Below, in pieces: positions 39,997-51,496 of a DNA stretch of 64,000 bases. Position numbers and translations under genes: made by a program. Source of the stretch: an uncultured Sphingomonas sp. GTDB lineage: Bacteria > Pseudomonadota > Alphaproteobacteria > Sphingomonadales > Sphingomonadaceae. The DNA is taken from NCBI GenBank assembly GCA_964549965.1, contig CAZJXG010000002.1:1027-65026 (forward strand). Direction: 5' to 3'. How positions within the stretch are numbered: the first letter of the stretch is position 1; each line of letters starts with the position of its first letter. A model generated the notes under the pieces. It saw nothing but the letters and a program-made list of their open reading frames with translations. It made no database searches and was not told where the DNA came from.

Positions 39997-40866
39997 ATGG
40001 CAAAGCTGACCTTTCTCGGGATGGGCGCGATGGGCGCCCCGATCGCACGACATCTGGCCGAGGCCGGCCACGACGTCACCGTCTACAATCGCACGCGCGC
40101 CAAGGCCGAGGCCTGGGTGGACAAGCATGGCGGGCGGCTGGCGCCGACCCCCGCCGCCGCCGCCGAGGATGCCGACGCGGTATTCTCCTGTGTCGGCGCC
40201 GATGGCGATCTGGAAGCGGTGACGCTGCGCAAGGACGGCTGCTTCGCGGCGATGAAGAAGGGTGCGCTGTTCGTCGACCATACTACCGCCTCCGCGAAGA
40301 TCGCCCGCCAGCTCGCGGTCGAAGGCCGCGATCGTGGGCTGCTCGTCGTCGATGCGCCGGTCTCCGGCGGCCAGTCGGGCGCCGAGGCCGGAACCCTCTC
40401 GATCATGTGCGGCGGATCGGACAAGGCGATGGCGACGGCCGAGCCGCTGATGAAGGCCTATTCCTCACGGATCGTCCATGTCGGCGGGCCGGGCGCGGGA
40501 CAGACCACCAAGATGGTCAACCAGATCTGCATCGCCGGCGCGATGCAGAGCGCGGCGGAGGCGCTGCGTTTCGCGCAGAATGCCGATCTCGATCTCGACA
40601 AGGTATTCGAGGCCGTATCGGGCGGCGCGGGCGCCAGCTGGTATATGGTCAATCGCTGGAAGACGATGAGCGAGGACAGCTTCGATTTCGGCTTCGCGGT
40701 CGACTGGATGCGCAAGGATCTCGGCATCGCGATCGAGGAAGCGCGCTCGAACGGCGCTGCCCTGCCCTTCGCCGCGCTGGCCGATCAGTTCTATGGCGAG
40801 GCCCAGGCGCTCGGCTGCGGCCGGCTCGACATTTCCTCGGTGGTGAAGAGGCTGCCGAAGATATGA
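39997..40866 (+). CDS. NAD(P)-dependent 3-hydroxyisobutyrate dehydrogenase-family oxidoreductase
   Basis: Rossmann motif FLGMGAMGAPIA plus the 6PGDH-like NAD-binding and C-terminal domains. Confidence 0.85.
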   Translation: MAKLTFLGMGAMGAPIARHLAEAGHDVTVYNRTRAKAEAWVDKHGGRLAPTPAAAAEDADAVFSCVGADGDLEAVTLRKDGCFAAMKKGALFVDHTTASAKIARQLAVEGRDRGLLVVDAPVSGGQSGAEAGTLSIMCGGSDKAMATAEPLMKAYSSRIVHVGGPGAGQTTKMVNQICIAGAMQSAAEALRFAQNADLDLDKVFEAVSGGAGASWYMVNRWKTMSEDSFDFGFAVDWMRKDLGIAIEEARSNGAALPFAALADQFYGEAQALGCGRLDISSVVKRLPKI

Positions 40867-42533
40867 GGATTTCCCTCTCCCGTCTGGGGAAAGGGAGAGG
40901 GCTGGCCATCGCCCTCGCGTTCCTCGCCGGCCCTGCGTTCGCGGACGGCCTGATCGATAACGCCAATGGCTATACGTTCGACGGCAAGGGCCAGCTGCTC
41001 CGCTTCAACGGGCTGCTGCTCGACGACAAGGGCCGGGTCGCGAAGCTGCTCGACCGCAACGACAAGCGACCGGAAAAGCTGGACTTCCGCCTCGATGCGC
41101 GCGGCCGCACCGTCATTCCGGGCCTGATCGACGCGCATGGCCATGTCATGAGCCTGGGGGCGGTCGCCCTGTCGCTGGACCTGTCGGCCACCAACAGCCT
41201 CGCCGAGATGCAGGCCGCGCTGCGCCGATATGCCGCCGATCGGCCGAGCCCGCCGTGGATCGGCGGCGGCGGCTGGAACCAGGAACGCTGGGGCCTGGGT
41301 CGCTTCCCGACGGCGGCCGACATCGACGCCATCACGCCGGGTCGCCCGGTGGTGCTGGGCCGCGTCGACGGCCATGCGCTGCTCGCCAATTCGGCCGCGA
41401 TGGCGGCGGCGGGGATCAGCGCCGCGACGAAGGACCCGCCCGGCGGCCGGATCGAGCGGGATGCGAAGGGTGTTCCGACCGGCGTCTTCGTCGATGCCGC
41501 ACAGAAGCTGATCCGCGACGCGGTACCCGCCACGTTGCCGCGGGATCGCGACGCGGCCCTCTCAAAGGCGCAGGATATCCTGCTCGCCTATGGCATCACG
41601 GCGACCGCCGACATGGGCACCAGCATCGATGACTGGGCGGTGATGCGCCGCGCCGGCGATGCCGGGCGCCTCAAGGTGCGGATCATTGCCTATGCCGGCG
41701 GCATTCCGGCACTGCTCTCGATCGCCGGCACGGGGCCGACACCCTGGCTCTATGACGGGCGGCTGCGCATGGTCGGCGTCAAGCTCTACGACGATGGCGC
41801 ACTGGGCTCACGCGGCGCGTGGCTCAAGGCGCCCTATGCCGACGCCCCCGGCCAGAAGGGGCTTCAGTTCCTCGACGACGCCAAGTTGCGCAACCTGATG
41901 AGCCGGGCGGCGATGGATGGCTTCCAGGTCGCCGTCCACGCGATCGGCGACGCCGCCAACGCGCAGGCCCTGGACGCCATCGAGGAGCTGGCGGCCACCT
42001 ATAAGGGCGACCGGCGCTGGCGGATCGAGCACGCCCAGATCGTCGACCCCGCCGACCTGCCCCGCTTCGGCAGGAACGGCATCATCGCCTCGATGCAGCC
42101 GGTCCACCAGACATCCGACCGGACCATGGCCGAGGCCCGGCTGGGGCCGGGCCGACTGGGCGGCGCCTATGCCTGGAAGGCAATGCTCGACAACAAGGCG
42201 CCGCTCGCCTTCGGATCGGACTATCCGGTCGAAAGCCCCAACCCCTTTCCAGCCCTCGCCGCCGCGATCAGCCGGCAGGACGACCGCGGCGCGCCGCCAG
42301 GCGGCTGGCAGGTGCAGCAGGCGATTACCCTGCCCCAGGCCTTCCGCGCCTTCACCGAGACAGCAGCCTATGCAGGCTTCGCCGAGGACCGGATCGGCAG
42401 TCTGGCGCCCGGCCACATGGCCGATTTCCTGATCCTCGACCGCGACATCTTCACCGCGGCGGCACCCGACATCCGCGCCGCCCGGCCAGTCGAGACATGG
42501 ATCGGCGGGAAGCGCGTCTGGGTCGCGAAATAG
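40863..42533 (+). CDS. secreted amidohydrolase family protein (YtcJ-like metal-dependent hydrolase)
   Basis: Its ATG overlaps the upstream stop (ATATGA). Signal peptide ...LAGPAFA, plus IDAHGH and VHAIGD motifs. Confidence 0.8.
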   Translation: MRISLSRLGKGRGLAIALAFLAGPAFADGLIDNANGYTFDGKGQLLRFNGLLLDDKGRVAKLLDRNDKRPEKLDFRLDARGRTVIPGLIDAHGHVMSLGAVALSLDLSATNSLAEMQAALRRYAADRPSPPWIGGGGWNQERWGLGRFPTAADIDAITPGRPVVLGRVDGHALLANSAAMAAAGISAATKDPPGGRIERDAKGVPTGVFVDAAQKLIRDAVPATLPRDRDAALSKAQDILLAYGITATADMGTSIDDWAVMRRAGDAGRLKVRIIAYAGGIPALLSIAGTGPTPWLYDGRLRMVGVKLYDDGALGSRGAWLKAPYADAPGQKGLQFLDDAKLRNLMSRAAMDGFQVAVHAIGDAANAQALDAIEELAATYKGDRRWRIEHAQIVDPADLPRFGRNGIIASMQPVHQTSDRTMAEARLGPGRLGGAYAWKAMLDNKAPLAFGSDYPVESPNPFPALAAAISRQDDRGAPPGGWQVQQAITLPQAFRAFTETAAYAGFAEDRIGSLAPGHMADFLILDRDIFTAAAPDIRAARPVETWIGGKRVWVAK

Positions 42534-42571
42534 GTCATCATGCTGACACGCCAAGCAGGCAATGGAGCGTC

Positions 42572-44224
42572 ATGAAGAAGCTGATCCTCACCGCCACCGC
42601 CCTCTTCTCAATTCCCGCAATGGCCCACGCCGCACAGCCGCCGGCGAAACCAAAACTGATCCTTGCCATCTCGGTCGATCAGTTCTCAAGCGAGGTCTTC
42701 AACCGCTATCGCGCCACCTATGGCGCCGGGCTGAAGACGCTTTCCGATGGCATTGCCTATCCCCAAGGCTATCAGAGCCACGCCTCGACCGAGACCTGTC
42801 CCGGCCATTCGACGATCCTGACCGGGCGCCATCCCTCAGGCACCGGCATCGTCTCCAACGCCTGGTACGACCGGAGCCTTGGCCAGATGGTCTATTGCGT
42901 CGCCGTACCCAACCAGCCCGATCCCAATGCGCGCGGGCCGCAGAACATGCGCGTTACGACGCTGGGTGATTGGATCAAGGCGACCCAGCCCGGCGCCCGC
43001 TCGTTCGCGGTCTCAGGCAAGGACCGCGCGGCGATCACGATGGCCGGCAAGCATGCCGATGGCGTATATTGGTGGACCGACAGCACCGGCTTCACCACAT
43101 CGAAATATGCCGGCCCCGCCGATGCCAGGGTGATCGGCCCCGCCAACGGCTTCAACGCCGCGATCCGCGTCGCCTGGAGCAAGCGCGCGCCCGATCTCTG
43201 GCCTGCCGTCTCGAAAGCCTGCGCCCCGCTCGCCAAACCGCACCGCTTCGGCAAGCTCGACATGTCGGGCGACGTACCGCCGGAGATGGCGAAGGGCGTG
43301 ACCGACAAACCCTGGTTCATCGACACCACCCCCTTCCAGGACGCACTGCGCGCTTCGCCCCTGTTCGACAGCGTCGTTGCCGATTTCGCAATCGAGCTGA
43401 TCGCACGCGAGAAGCTGGGCAAGGGTCCTGACACAGATGTGCTGGCGGTGAGCCTGTCGGCTACCGACTATATCGGCCATCGCTTCGGCAATGGTGGCGC
43501 CGAGATGTGCGCGCAGCAGGCGGCGCTCGACGCGACGATCGGCCGGCTGATTGCCGCGGTGAAGGCGCTCAAGGTGCCCGTGATGGTGGTGCTGACCGCA
43601 GACCATGGCGCGACCGACGCCGCCGAGCGCGAACATGAACATGATCCCCAGGCGGCCCGGCTCGATTCGCGCGGTTTCGTGAAGGAGCTCAACGAAGCGC
43701 TGAAGAAGCAGCTCGACCTCAAGACCAATCCGATCGACGGCGACGATGCCCAGGGCCTCGTCATCACCGGCGGGCCAAGCCCCGCTCTTTATGATCAGAT
43801 TCGCGACGCCGCGATCACCTGGCTGAAGGCGCGGCCCGAGGTGAAGGATATCCACACCCGCGCCGAGATCGAAGCCGCCGTCGTACCCGCCGGAACGACC
43901 GCGGACAGGCTGACCGCACTCCAGCGCCTGAACGAGAGCTACGACAAGGACCGATCGGCCGACATCGCGGTGGTGTTCCGCGAGCGGACCAGCTTCGGCG
44001 TGCCGGCCAAGATCGGCGACACGGTGGCGGGCCATGGCAGCATCTGGGACCATGACCGGCAGGTGCCGATCCTGTTCTGGTGGCCGGGCGCCCCGAGCGA
44101 GACCCGCCCGGCGCCAGCCGAGACGGTCGACATAGCGCCGACCCTGGCGGCGGCTGCGGGCATCACGCCGCCGGTGCCGGTCGACGGCCATTGCCTCGAT
44201 CTCGGCGGGATCTGTACGAAGTGA
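42572..44224 (+). CDS. alkaline phosphatase / nucleotide pyrophosphatase-phosphodiesterase family protein
   Basis: Signal peptide MKKLILTATALFSIPAMAHA. Nucleophile region ETCPGHSTILTG, and ADHG and GHG metal motifs. Confidence 0.8.
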   Translation: MKKLILTATALFSIPAMAHAAQPPAKPKLILAISVDQFSSEVFNRYRATYGAGLKTLSDGIAYPQGYQSHASTETCPGHSTILTGRHPSGTGIVSNAWYDRSLGQMVYCVAVPNQPDPNARGPQNMRVTTLGDWIKATQPGARSFAVSGKDRAAITMAGKHADGVYWWTDSTGFTTSKYAGPADARVIGPANGFNAAIRVAWSKRAPDLWPAVSKACAPLAKPHRFGKLDMSGDVPPEMAKGVTDKPWFIDTTPFQDALRASPLFDSVVADFAIELIAREKLGKGPDTDVLAVSLSATDYIGHRFGNGGAEMCAQQAALDATIGRLIAAVKALKVPVMVVLTADHGATDAAEREHEHDPQAARLDSRGFVKELNEALKKQLDLKTNPIDGDDAQGLVITGGPSPALYDQIRDAAITWLKARPEVKDIHTRAEIEAAVVPAGTTADRLTALQRLNESYDKDRSADIAVVFRERTSFGVPAKIGDTVAGHGSIWDHDRQVPILFWWPGAPSETRPAPAETVDIAPTLAAAAGITPPVPVDGHCLDLGGICTK

Positions 44225-44237
44225 CCGGGCGGGCCGG

Positions 44238-44537
44238 ATGGCGAAGAAGAAATATTATCTGACCGCGACCTTGCCGGATGGCGCCGTGAAGACGATCGGG
44301 CCGACCGCGATCGAGTTCACCCATTATTGGCGGGTGGTGGCGGTGCTGGCGAACGGCAAGACCGAAATCTTCTGGGGCCATGCCAAGTCGCTGCGCGAGG
44401 CCACGGGCAAGAAGACCGCGCTGGCCGAAGCAGCCGCCCAGCGCGGCTGGGCATCGCACAGCTTCGATGTTGTCGAGCTGGTCAGGACGACAGCCGCGCC
44501 GCCATCCGGCCGATCAGCCGCCGAGTCGCTCGCGTAG
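44238..44537 (+). CDS. hypothetical protein
   Basis: 99-aa ORF with genome-typical codon bias and no recognisable motifs. Its 3' end overlaps the convergent gene by 24 nt. Confidence 0.4.
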   Translation: MAKKKYYLTATLPDGAVKTIGPTAIEFTHYWRVVAVLANGKTEIFWGHAKSLREATGKKTALAEAAAQRGWASHSFDVVELVRTTAAPPSGRSAAESLA

Positions 44538-45518
44538 CCTGCCCACATAATAATGCAGCCGCGCCCTCACCTTGTTGGCGAAGGTCGGCATTTCAGCCTT
44601 CACCGCCATGTGCAGTTCGATCCGCTTGTCCGTGAGGTTGCGTACCACCGTCTTGGCGCTACCGCTCCAGTCGGCGATCAGCGCGGTCGGCCATGTCGAT
44701 CCGGGCACCTGGCGAGCGCGGTTGTCGACGATGGCGAGGCCCTTGGAGCTGTTGCGTTGCGCCTCGGCGGCGACGGCGATGAAGGCGGCGTGATTCTCCT
44801 TGTCGGCGCCCTGGACGAAGATGTTGCGCGCGATCCGGCCGGTCGCGCCTTCGGGCAGGTCGATCATGTAATTGGTGGCGCGGCCGTTGCTGTCGTCGAA
44901 GCTGCAATCGGTCACCTCGATCTTCGCCGCGCGGCTCTTCACATAATGGCCGCCGGTGCCCTTTTCGAACCGGCTGCGGCGGACGGTGACGGATCGATAG
45001 GCGCTAAGATAGACCGAATGGGCGCAGGCCAGGCCGCGATCGCAGCGGCCCAGGCCCCTGAAGGTCGAGCGGTCGATGACGATGTCCGACCGCGGATCGT
45101 CGCCGCCGCCAAGGATGCCCTGCTCCGAATTTCTGAAGAGGCTGTTCACGACAGTGAGCGGCCCCTGCTCGATGCGGATTCCGGCGCCATTGCCATCCTC
45201 GACCTGAAGATTTTCGAACACCAGCCCGTCGACCGCCGCACCGCGCCCGCGCAGCACCAGCACCGCCTTGCCCTCGCATATGCCGCCATCGAAGATCGCG
45301 GTCAGCGGCTTCTCGGCACGGTAGGTGACGCGGCCCTTCTCCTGGACAGCGCAATCCTTGTAACGCCCGGGGGCGATGCGGATCGTCCCCACCCCATCGC
45401 CGATCGCGTACACCGCGTCCATCAGCCTGGGATAGGATCGGCCGCTTTCCTCGACGATGAAGGGGGCTGCCATTGCCGGCGAGGCAAGGACGACAAGCAG
45501 AACGAGCAACAAGCGCAT
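44514..45518 (-). CDS. secreted right-handed parallel beta-helix repeat protein
   Basis: Start at MRLLLVLLVVLASPAMA. Repeated beta-helix rungs are visible (NLQVEDGNGAGIRIE, NSLFRNSEQGILGG, IVIDRSTFRG). Confidence 0.7.
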   Translation of the reverse strand: MRLLLVLLVVLASPAMAAPFIVEESGRSYPRLMDAVYAIGDGVGTIRIAPGRYKDCAVQEKGRVTYRAEKPLTAIFDGGICEGKAVLVLRGRGAAVDGLVFENLQVEDGNGAGIRIEQGPLTVVNSLFRNSEQGILGGGDDPRSDIVIDRSTFRGLGRCDRGLACAHSVYLSAYRSVTVRRSRFEKGTGGHYVKSRAAKIEVTDCSFDDSNGRATNYMIDLPEGATGRIARNIFVQGADKENHAAFIAVAAEAQRNSSKGLAIVDNRARQVPGSTWPTALIADWSGSAKTVVRNLTDKRIELHMAVKAEMPTFANKVRARLHYYVGRLRERLGG

Positions 45519-45556
45519 CCAGCCTTCTAGCACGGAAAGGCTGAGCAACATCTTAT

Positions 45557-45646
45557 CGTCATGCCGAACTGGTTTCAGCATCCGCCCATCATCCGCACCC
45601 ACTCTTCCGTGGCGCGGTGGATGCTGAACCAAGTTCAGCATGACGG
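45557..45646. repeat. composite hairpin repeat A (two inverted ~35-nt units)
   Basis: Unit A1 (45557-45594) is CGTCATGCCGAACTGGTTTCAGCATCCGCCCATCATCC. Unit A2 (45615-45646) is the inverted copy. A1 is 34/38 identical to unit B1 at 48277. Confidence 0.85.
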
Positions 45647-45652
45647 CAAGGT

Positions 45653-48250
<2,598 letters not shown>

Positions 48251-48276
48251 GCTGTTCACTTTTTCTGATATCTGAT

Positions 48277-48367
48277 CGTCATGCTGAACGTGTTTCAGCA
48301 TCCACCCATCATCCTGACAGGCCTCTCATGTGGCCCGGTGGATCCTGAAACACGTTCAGGATGACGG
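48277..48367. repeat. composite hairpin repeat B (two inverted ~35-nt units)
   Basis: Unit B1 (48277-48314) is CGTCATGCTGAACGTGTTTCAGCATCCACCCATCATCC. Unit B2 (48336-48367) is the inverted copy. The architecture matches repeat A. Confidence 0.85.
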
Positions 48368-48377
48368 TTGGATGTGT

Positions 48378-49439
48378 CTAAGCCGCCATGATCATCGGAT
48401 CGAGGCCGGCAAGGCGGGTGCGGTGATCATGGGCGTGCGGCATGCGGGCCGGCTTGCCCGCCACCGCGTCGGCCATCGCGGCGATATGCGCCGGGGTCGA
48501 GCCGCAGCATCCGCCGACGACATTGACCAGCGCATTGTCAGCCCAGTCGCCGATGAAGGCGCCGGTGGTGTGCGGCTGCTCGTCATATTCGCCGAGATCG
48601 TTGGGCAGGCCCGCATTGGGATAGATCATCACCAGCACGTCGGCGATGCCCGACAGCACCTGGACATGGGGGCGCAGCAGATCGGCGCCGAAGGCGCAGT
48701 TCAGCCCTACAGTCAGCGGATGAGCATGGCGGATCGCATGCCAGAAGGCCTCGACCGAATGGCCCGACAGGTTGCGCCCCGACATGTCGGTGATCGTCAT
48801 CGAGATCATCATCGGTATCTCGACGCCACGCTTCGCCTGCTCCTCCAGCACCGCCATGATCGCGGCCTTGGCGTTCAGCGTGTCGAAAATGGTCTCGATC
48901 AGGATGAAGTCGCAGCCGCCGTCCATCAGCGCCGCCGCCTGATCCTGATAGACGTCGCGCATCGTATCGAAATCGGTGGCGCGATAGCCCGGATCATTGA
49001 CATCGGGCGACAGCGACAAGGTCTTGTTGGTCGGCCCGATCGCCCCGGCGACGAAGCGGGGGCGGCCATCCTTCGCGGCGTAATCGTCGGCGGCCTTGCG
49101 GGCGATGCGCGCGGCGGCAAGGTTCATGTCGCGGACGAGATGGACCGCGTCATAATCGCCCTGACTGATGATGTTGGCGTTGAAGGTGTTGGTCGAAACG
49201 ATGTCGGAGCCCGCGTCGAGATATTGCCGCGTGATCGCATCGATCACATCGGGCCGGGTCAGCACCAACAGGTCGTTATTGCCCTTCTGGTCGGAGGGCA
49301 GGTCGTAGCTGCCGCGATAATCGGCCTCCTGGAGCTTGTAGCTCTGGATCATCGTCCCGAAGGCGCCGTCGGTGATCAGGATGCGCTGCTTCGCCTGATC
49401 GCGGAACACGGCGGCGGCGGCGCTGTGGTGAAGGGTCAT
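48378..49439 (-). CDS. metH: methionine synthase homocysteine-binding module (split MetH, small subunit)
   Basis: 353 aa (plus stop) with an S-methyltransferase fold: ILITDGAFGTM, GLNCAFG, GGCCGSTPAHI (zinc cysteines). Its start overlaps the metF stop (ATGA). Confidence 0.9.
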   Translation of the reverse strand: MTLHHSAAAAVFRDQAKQRILITDGAFGTMIQSYKLQEADYRGSYDLPSDQKGNNDLLVLTRPDVIDAITRQYLDAGSDIVSTNTFNANIISQGDYDAVHLVRDMNLAAARIARKAADDYAAKDGRPRFVAGAIGPTNKTLSLSPDVNDPGYRATDFDTMRDVYQDQAAALMDGGCDFILIETIFDTLNAKAAIMAVLEEQAKRGVEIPMMISMTITDMSGRNLSGHSVEAFWHAIRHAHPLTVGLNCAFGADLLRPHVQVLSGIADVLVMIYPNAGLPNDLGEYDEQPHTTGAFIGDWADNALVNVVGGCCGSTPAHIAAMADAVAGKPARMPHAHDHRTRLAGLDPMIMAA

Positions 49440-50380
49440 GCGGCATTCTCCAGGGCCTTCGCCTCCGCGCGCAGACCCAGCATGTGGCAGATCGCGAAGG
49501 ACAGTTCGGCGCGGTTGAGTGTGTAGAAGTGGAACTGGCGGACCCCACCGGCATAGAGACGGCGGCACATCTCGGCGGCGATCGTCGCGGCGACGAGCTG
49601 GCGCGCGGCAGGATGATCGTCGAGCCCCTCGAACAGGCGGCCCATCCAGGCCGGAACCTCGGTGTTGCACATCGCCGCCATCCGCTTCGTCGCGGCGAAA
49701 TTGGAGACGGGCATGATACCGGGGACGATCTCCGCAGTGATGCCGGCCGCCCGCACCTTGTCGCAGAACCGGAAATAATGTTCCGGCGAGAAGAAGAACT
49801 GGGTGATGGCGCGGGTGGCGCCGGCATCGAACTTCGCCTTGAGGTTCGCAAGGTCGCTTTCGGCGCTCTGCGCTTCCGGGTGGCATTCGGGATAGGCGGC
49901 GACCGAAATCTCGAACGGATGGATCGCCGTCAACCCCGAAACCAGATCGGCCGCGTTGCGATAGCCGTCGGCGTGCGGCACGAAGGCGGCGCCCGCCACC
50001 GGCGGATCGCCCCGCAGCGCTACGATATGGCGCACCCCGGCTTCCCAATAGGCGCGCGCGACATCCTCGATCTCGGCCCTCGACGCCTCGACACAGGTCA
50101 GATGCGCGGCCGCCGGGATATCCGTCTCGCGCGCGATCCGGGCGACGGTGTTATGCGTCCGCTCCCGCGTCGAGCCGCCCGCGCCATAGGTGACGGAGAC
50201 GAAGCGCGGACGAAGCGGCGCCAAGGTCTGGACCGACTGCCACAGCGTCTCCTCCATCTTCTCGGTCTTGGGCGGAAAGAATTCGAAGGAGACAGCGGCA
50301 TCGCCGGCCAGATCGGCAAATAGCGGGGTATCGAGCGCAAGGCGCGCTTCCTCAAGCTGACTCAGGGGAACGGATGTCAT
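49436..50380 (-). CDS. metF: 5,10-methylenetetrahydrofolate reductase
   Basis: SFEFFPPKT and THLTC motifs. Start at MTSVPLSQ overlaps the upstream stop (ATGA). Confidence 0.9.
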   Translation of the reverse strand: MTSVPLSQLEEARLALDTPLFADLAGDAAVSFEFFPPKTEKMEETLWQSVQTLAPLRPRFVSVTYGAGGSTRERTHNTVARIARETDIPAAAHLTCVEASRAEIEDVARAYWEAGVRHIVALRGDPPVAGAAFVPHADGYRNAADLVSGLTAIHPFEISVAAYPECHPEAQSAESDLANLKAKFDAGATRAITQFFFSPEHYFRFCDKVRAAGITAEIVPGIMPVSNFAATKRMAAMCNTEVPAWMGRLFEGLDDHPAARQLVAATIAAEMCRRLYAGGVRQFHFYTLNRAELSFAICHMLGLRAEAKALENAA

Positions 50381-51360
50381 GATACTGCCTTCAATTGCGC
50401 GCGCTGACCGCGCACGCCCAACCAACATTTGACGGTCAGCTTGTCGCCGACCAGCGCCTCGACCCGATCGAGCCCGAGCCCCGAGGCCGAGAACCAGCCC
50501 GCGATCTGATCATCGCCGAAACCCAGCCGGACATGCGCGTCGCGGGCGCGCAGTTCCTCGACGTCATGGCTCGCGAAATCGACGATCATAAGCCGCCCGC
50601 CGGGGGCCAGCAGCCGGGCGCTCTCGGCGATCGCGGCCGCCGGATGCTGGGCGAAATGCAATACCTGATGCAGGATGACGAGATCGGCCGATCCGTCCGC
50701 CAGCGGCAGAGCATACATATCGCCCTGACGCAGCTCCGCATGATCGAGCCCCGCCTCCGCCAGCTTGACCCGCGCGAGGCGAAGCATCTCCGGACTGCGA
50801 TCGATGCCCAGCGCCGATGCCGCCCTGCCGCCGATCAGTTCGATCATCCGGCCGGTACCGGTGCCGATATCGACCAGGCGCCCGATCGCTCCATCGGACA
50901 GCATGGCCATGATATGCTGTTCCACCGCGCTTTCGGCGACATGGAGCGATCGGATCGCATCCCATTCCTCGGCATGCTCGGCGAAATAGCGGGCGGCGGC
51001 GGCGGCGCGGTCGGCACGCACCGCGGCCAGGCGGGCATGATCGGCAACCACCCAGGCATCCTGCGTATCGCGGCTCCAATCGTCGATCGCAGCGAACAGC
51101 GGCGCGACGCAGGCATCGGGGCCGAGGCCGAGAAATACCCAGCTTCCTTCCTTGCGCCGATCGGCGAGGCCGGCATCGGCCAAAATCTTCACATGGCGGG
51201 AGACGCGCGGCTGGCTTTGCCCCAGCACCTGGGCCAGCTCGCCGATCGACAGCTCCATTTCCCGCAGAAGGTGGAAGATGCGCAGGCGCGTGGGATCGGC
51301 AAGCGCACGGAAGATGGCCAGTGAGTCAGGAGGGGCATCGGAAGCCATATATGCAGACAT
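50377..51360 (-). CDS. ArsR-type HTH fused to a SAM-dependent methyltransferase-like domain (SahR-like methionine-cycle regulator)
   Basis: N-terminal ALADPTRLRIFHLL...ELAQVLGQSQPRVSRHVKIL. The C-terminal domain has VDIGTGTGR. It heads the metF-metH operon. Confidence 0.75.
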   Translation of the reverse strand: MSAYMASDAPPDSLAIFRALADPTRLRIFHLLREMELSIGELAQVLGQSQPRVSRHVKILADAGLADRRKEGSWVFLGLGPDACVAPLFAAIDDWSRDTQDAWVVADHARLAAVRADRAAAAARYFAEHAEEWDAIRSLHVAESAVEQHIMAMLSDGAIGRLVDIGTGTGRMIELIGGRAASALGIDRSPEMLRLARVKLAEAGLDHAELRQGDMYALPLADGSADLVILHQVLHFAQHPAAAIAESARLLAPGGRLMIVDFASHDVEELRARDAHVRLGFGDDQIAGWFSASGLGLDRVEALVGDKLTVKCWLGVRGQRAQLKAVS

Positions 51361-51374
51361 AAAGAAATCTTTAT
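51359..51374. promoter_or_regulatory. AT-rich perfect palindrome at the sahR-like start codon (candidate operator / -10 region)
   Basis: ATAAAGA-AA-TCTTTAT, 7-bp arms with a 2-nt spacer, embedded in GC-rich DNA. No Shine-Dalgarno sequence precedes the ATG. Confidence 0.4.
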
Positions 51375-51496
51375 ATGTGGTCAAGGCGCTTGCCCCTCCG
51401 CGCGCTGCACGGCATGCGGTTGCGGCGCGGAACTGCGCTGCGTTTTGAGAGTAGGACAGCGTGACGGTTCGTTCCGTCCGAAAGGGGACATCGGCT

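Noticed and set aside
39984-40862. N-terminal 293 aa of the 849-aa track ORF fused to the amidohydrolase
   Set aside because: This part is Arg/Gly junk in an alternative frame of the Rossmann-fold dehydrogenase gene. A signal-peptide-bearing start (MRISLSRLG...) exists at 40863.
48251-48301. [17 protein letters not shown] extension of metH, and the similar extension of the beta-helix ORF through 45519-45992
   Set aside because: These residues are translations of the hairpin repeat units, not protein sequence. Proper starts with conserved N-termini or a signal peptide lie downstream.
49440-50048. N-terminal extension of the homocysteine-binding module (track ORF 48378..50048)
   Set aside because: It overlaps metF in another frame and is Arg-rich. 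The conserved domain begins at MTLHHSAAAVF (49439), with ATGA coupling to metF.
51361-51460. SAM-II (metA-type) riboswitch upstream of the sahR-metF-metH operon
   Set aside because: The minus-strand leader lacks the characteristic SAM-II pseudoknot strings (…GAUUU…GGCUU…AAAGCU…). An operator palindrome fits better with protein-mediated control.
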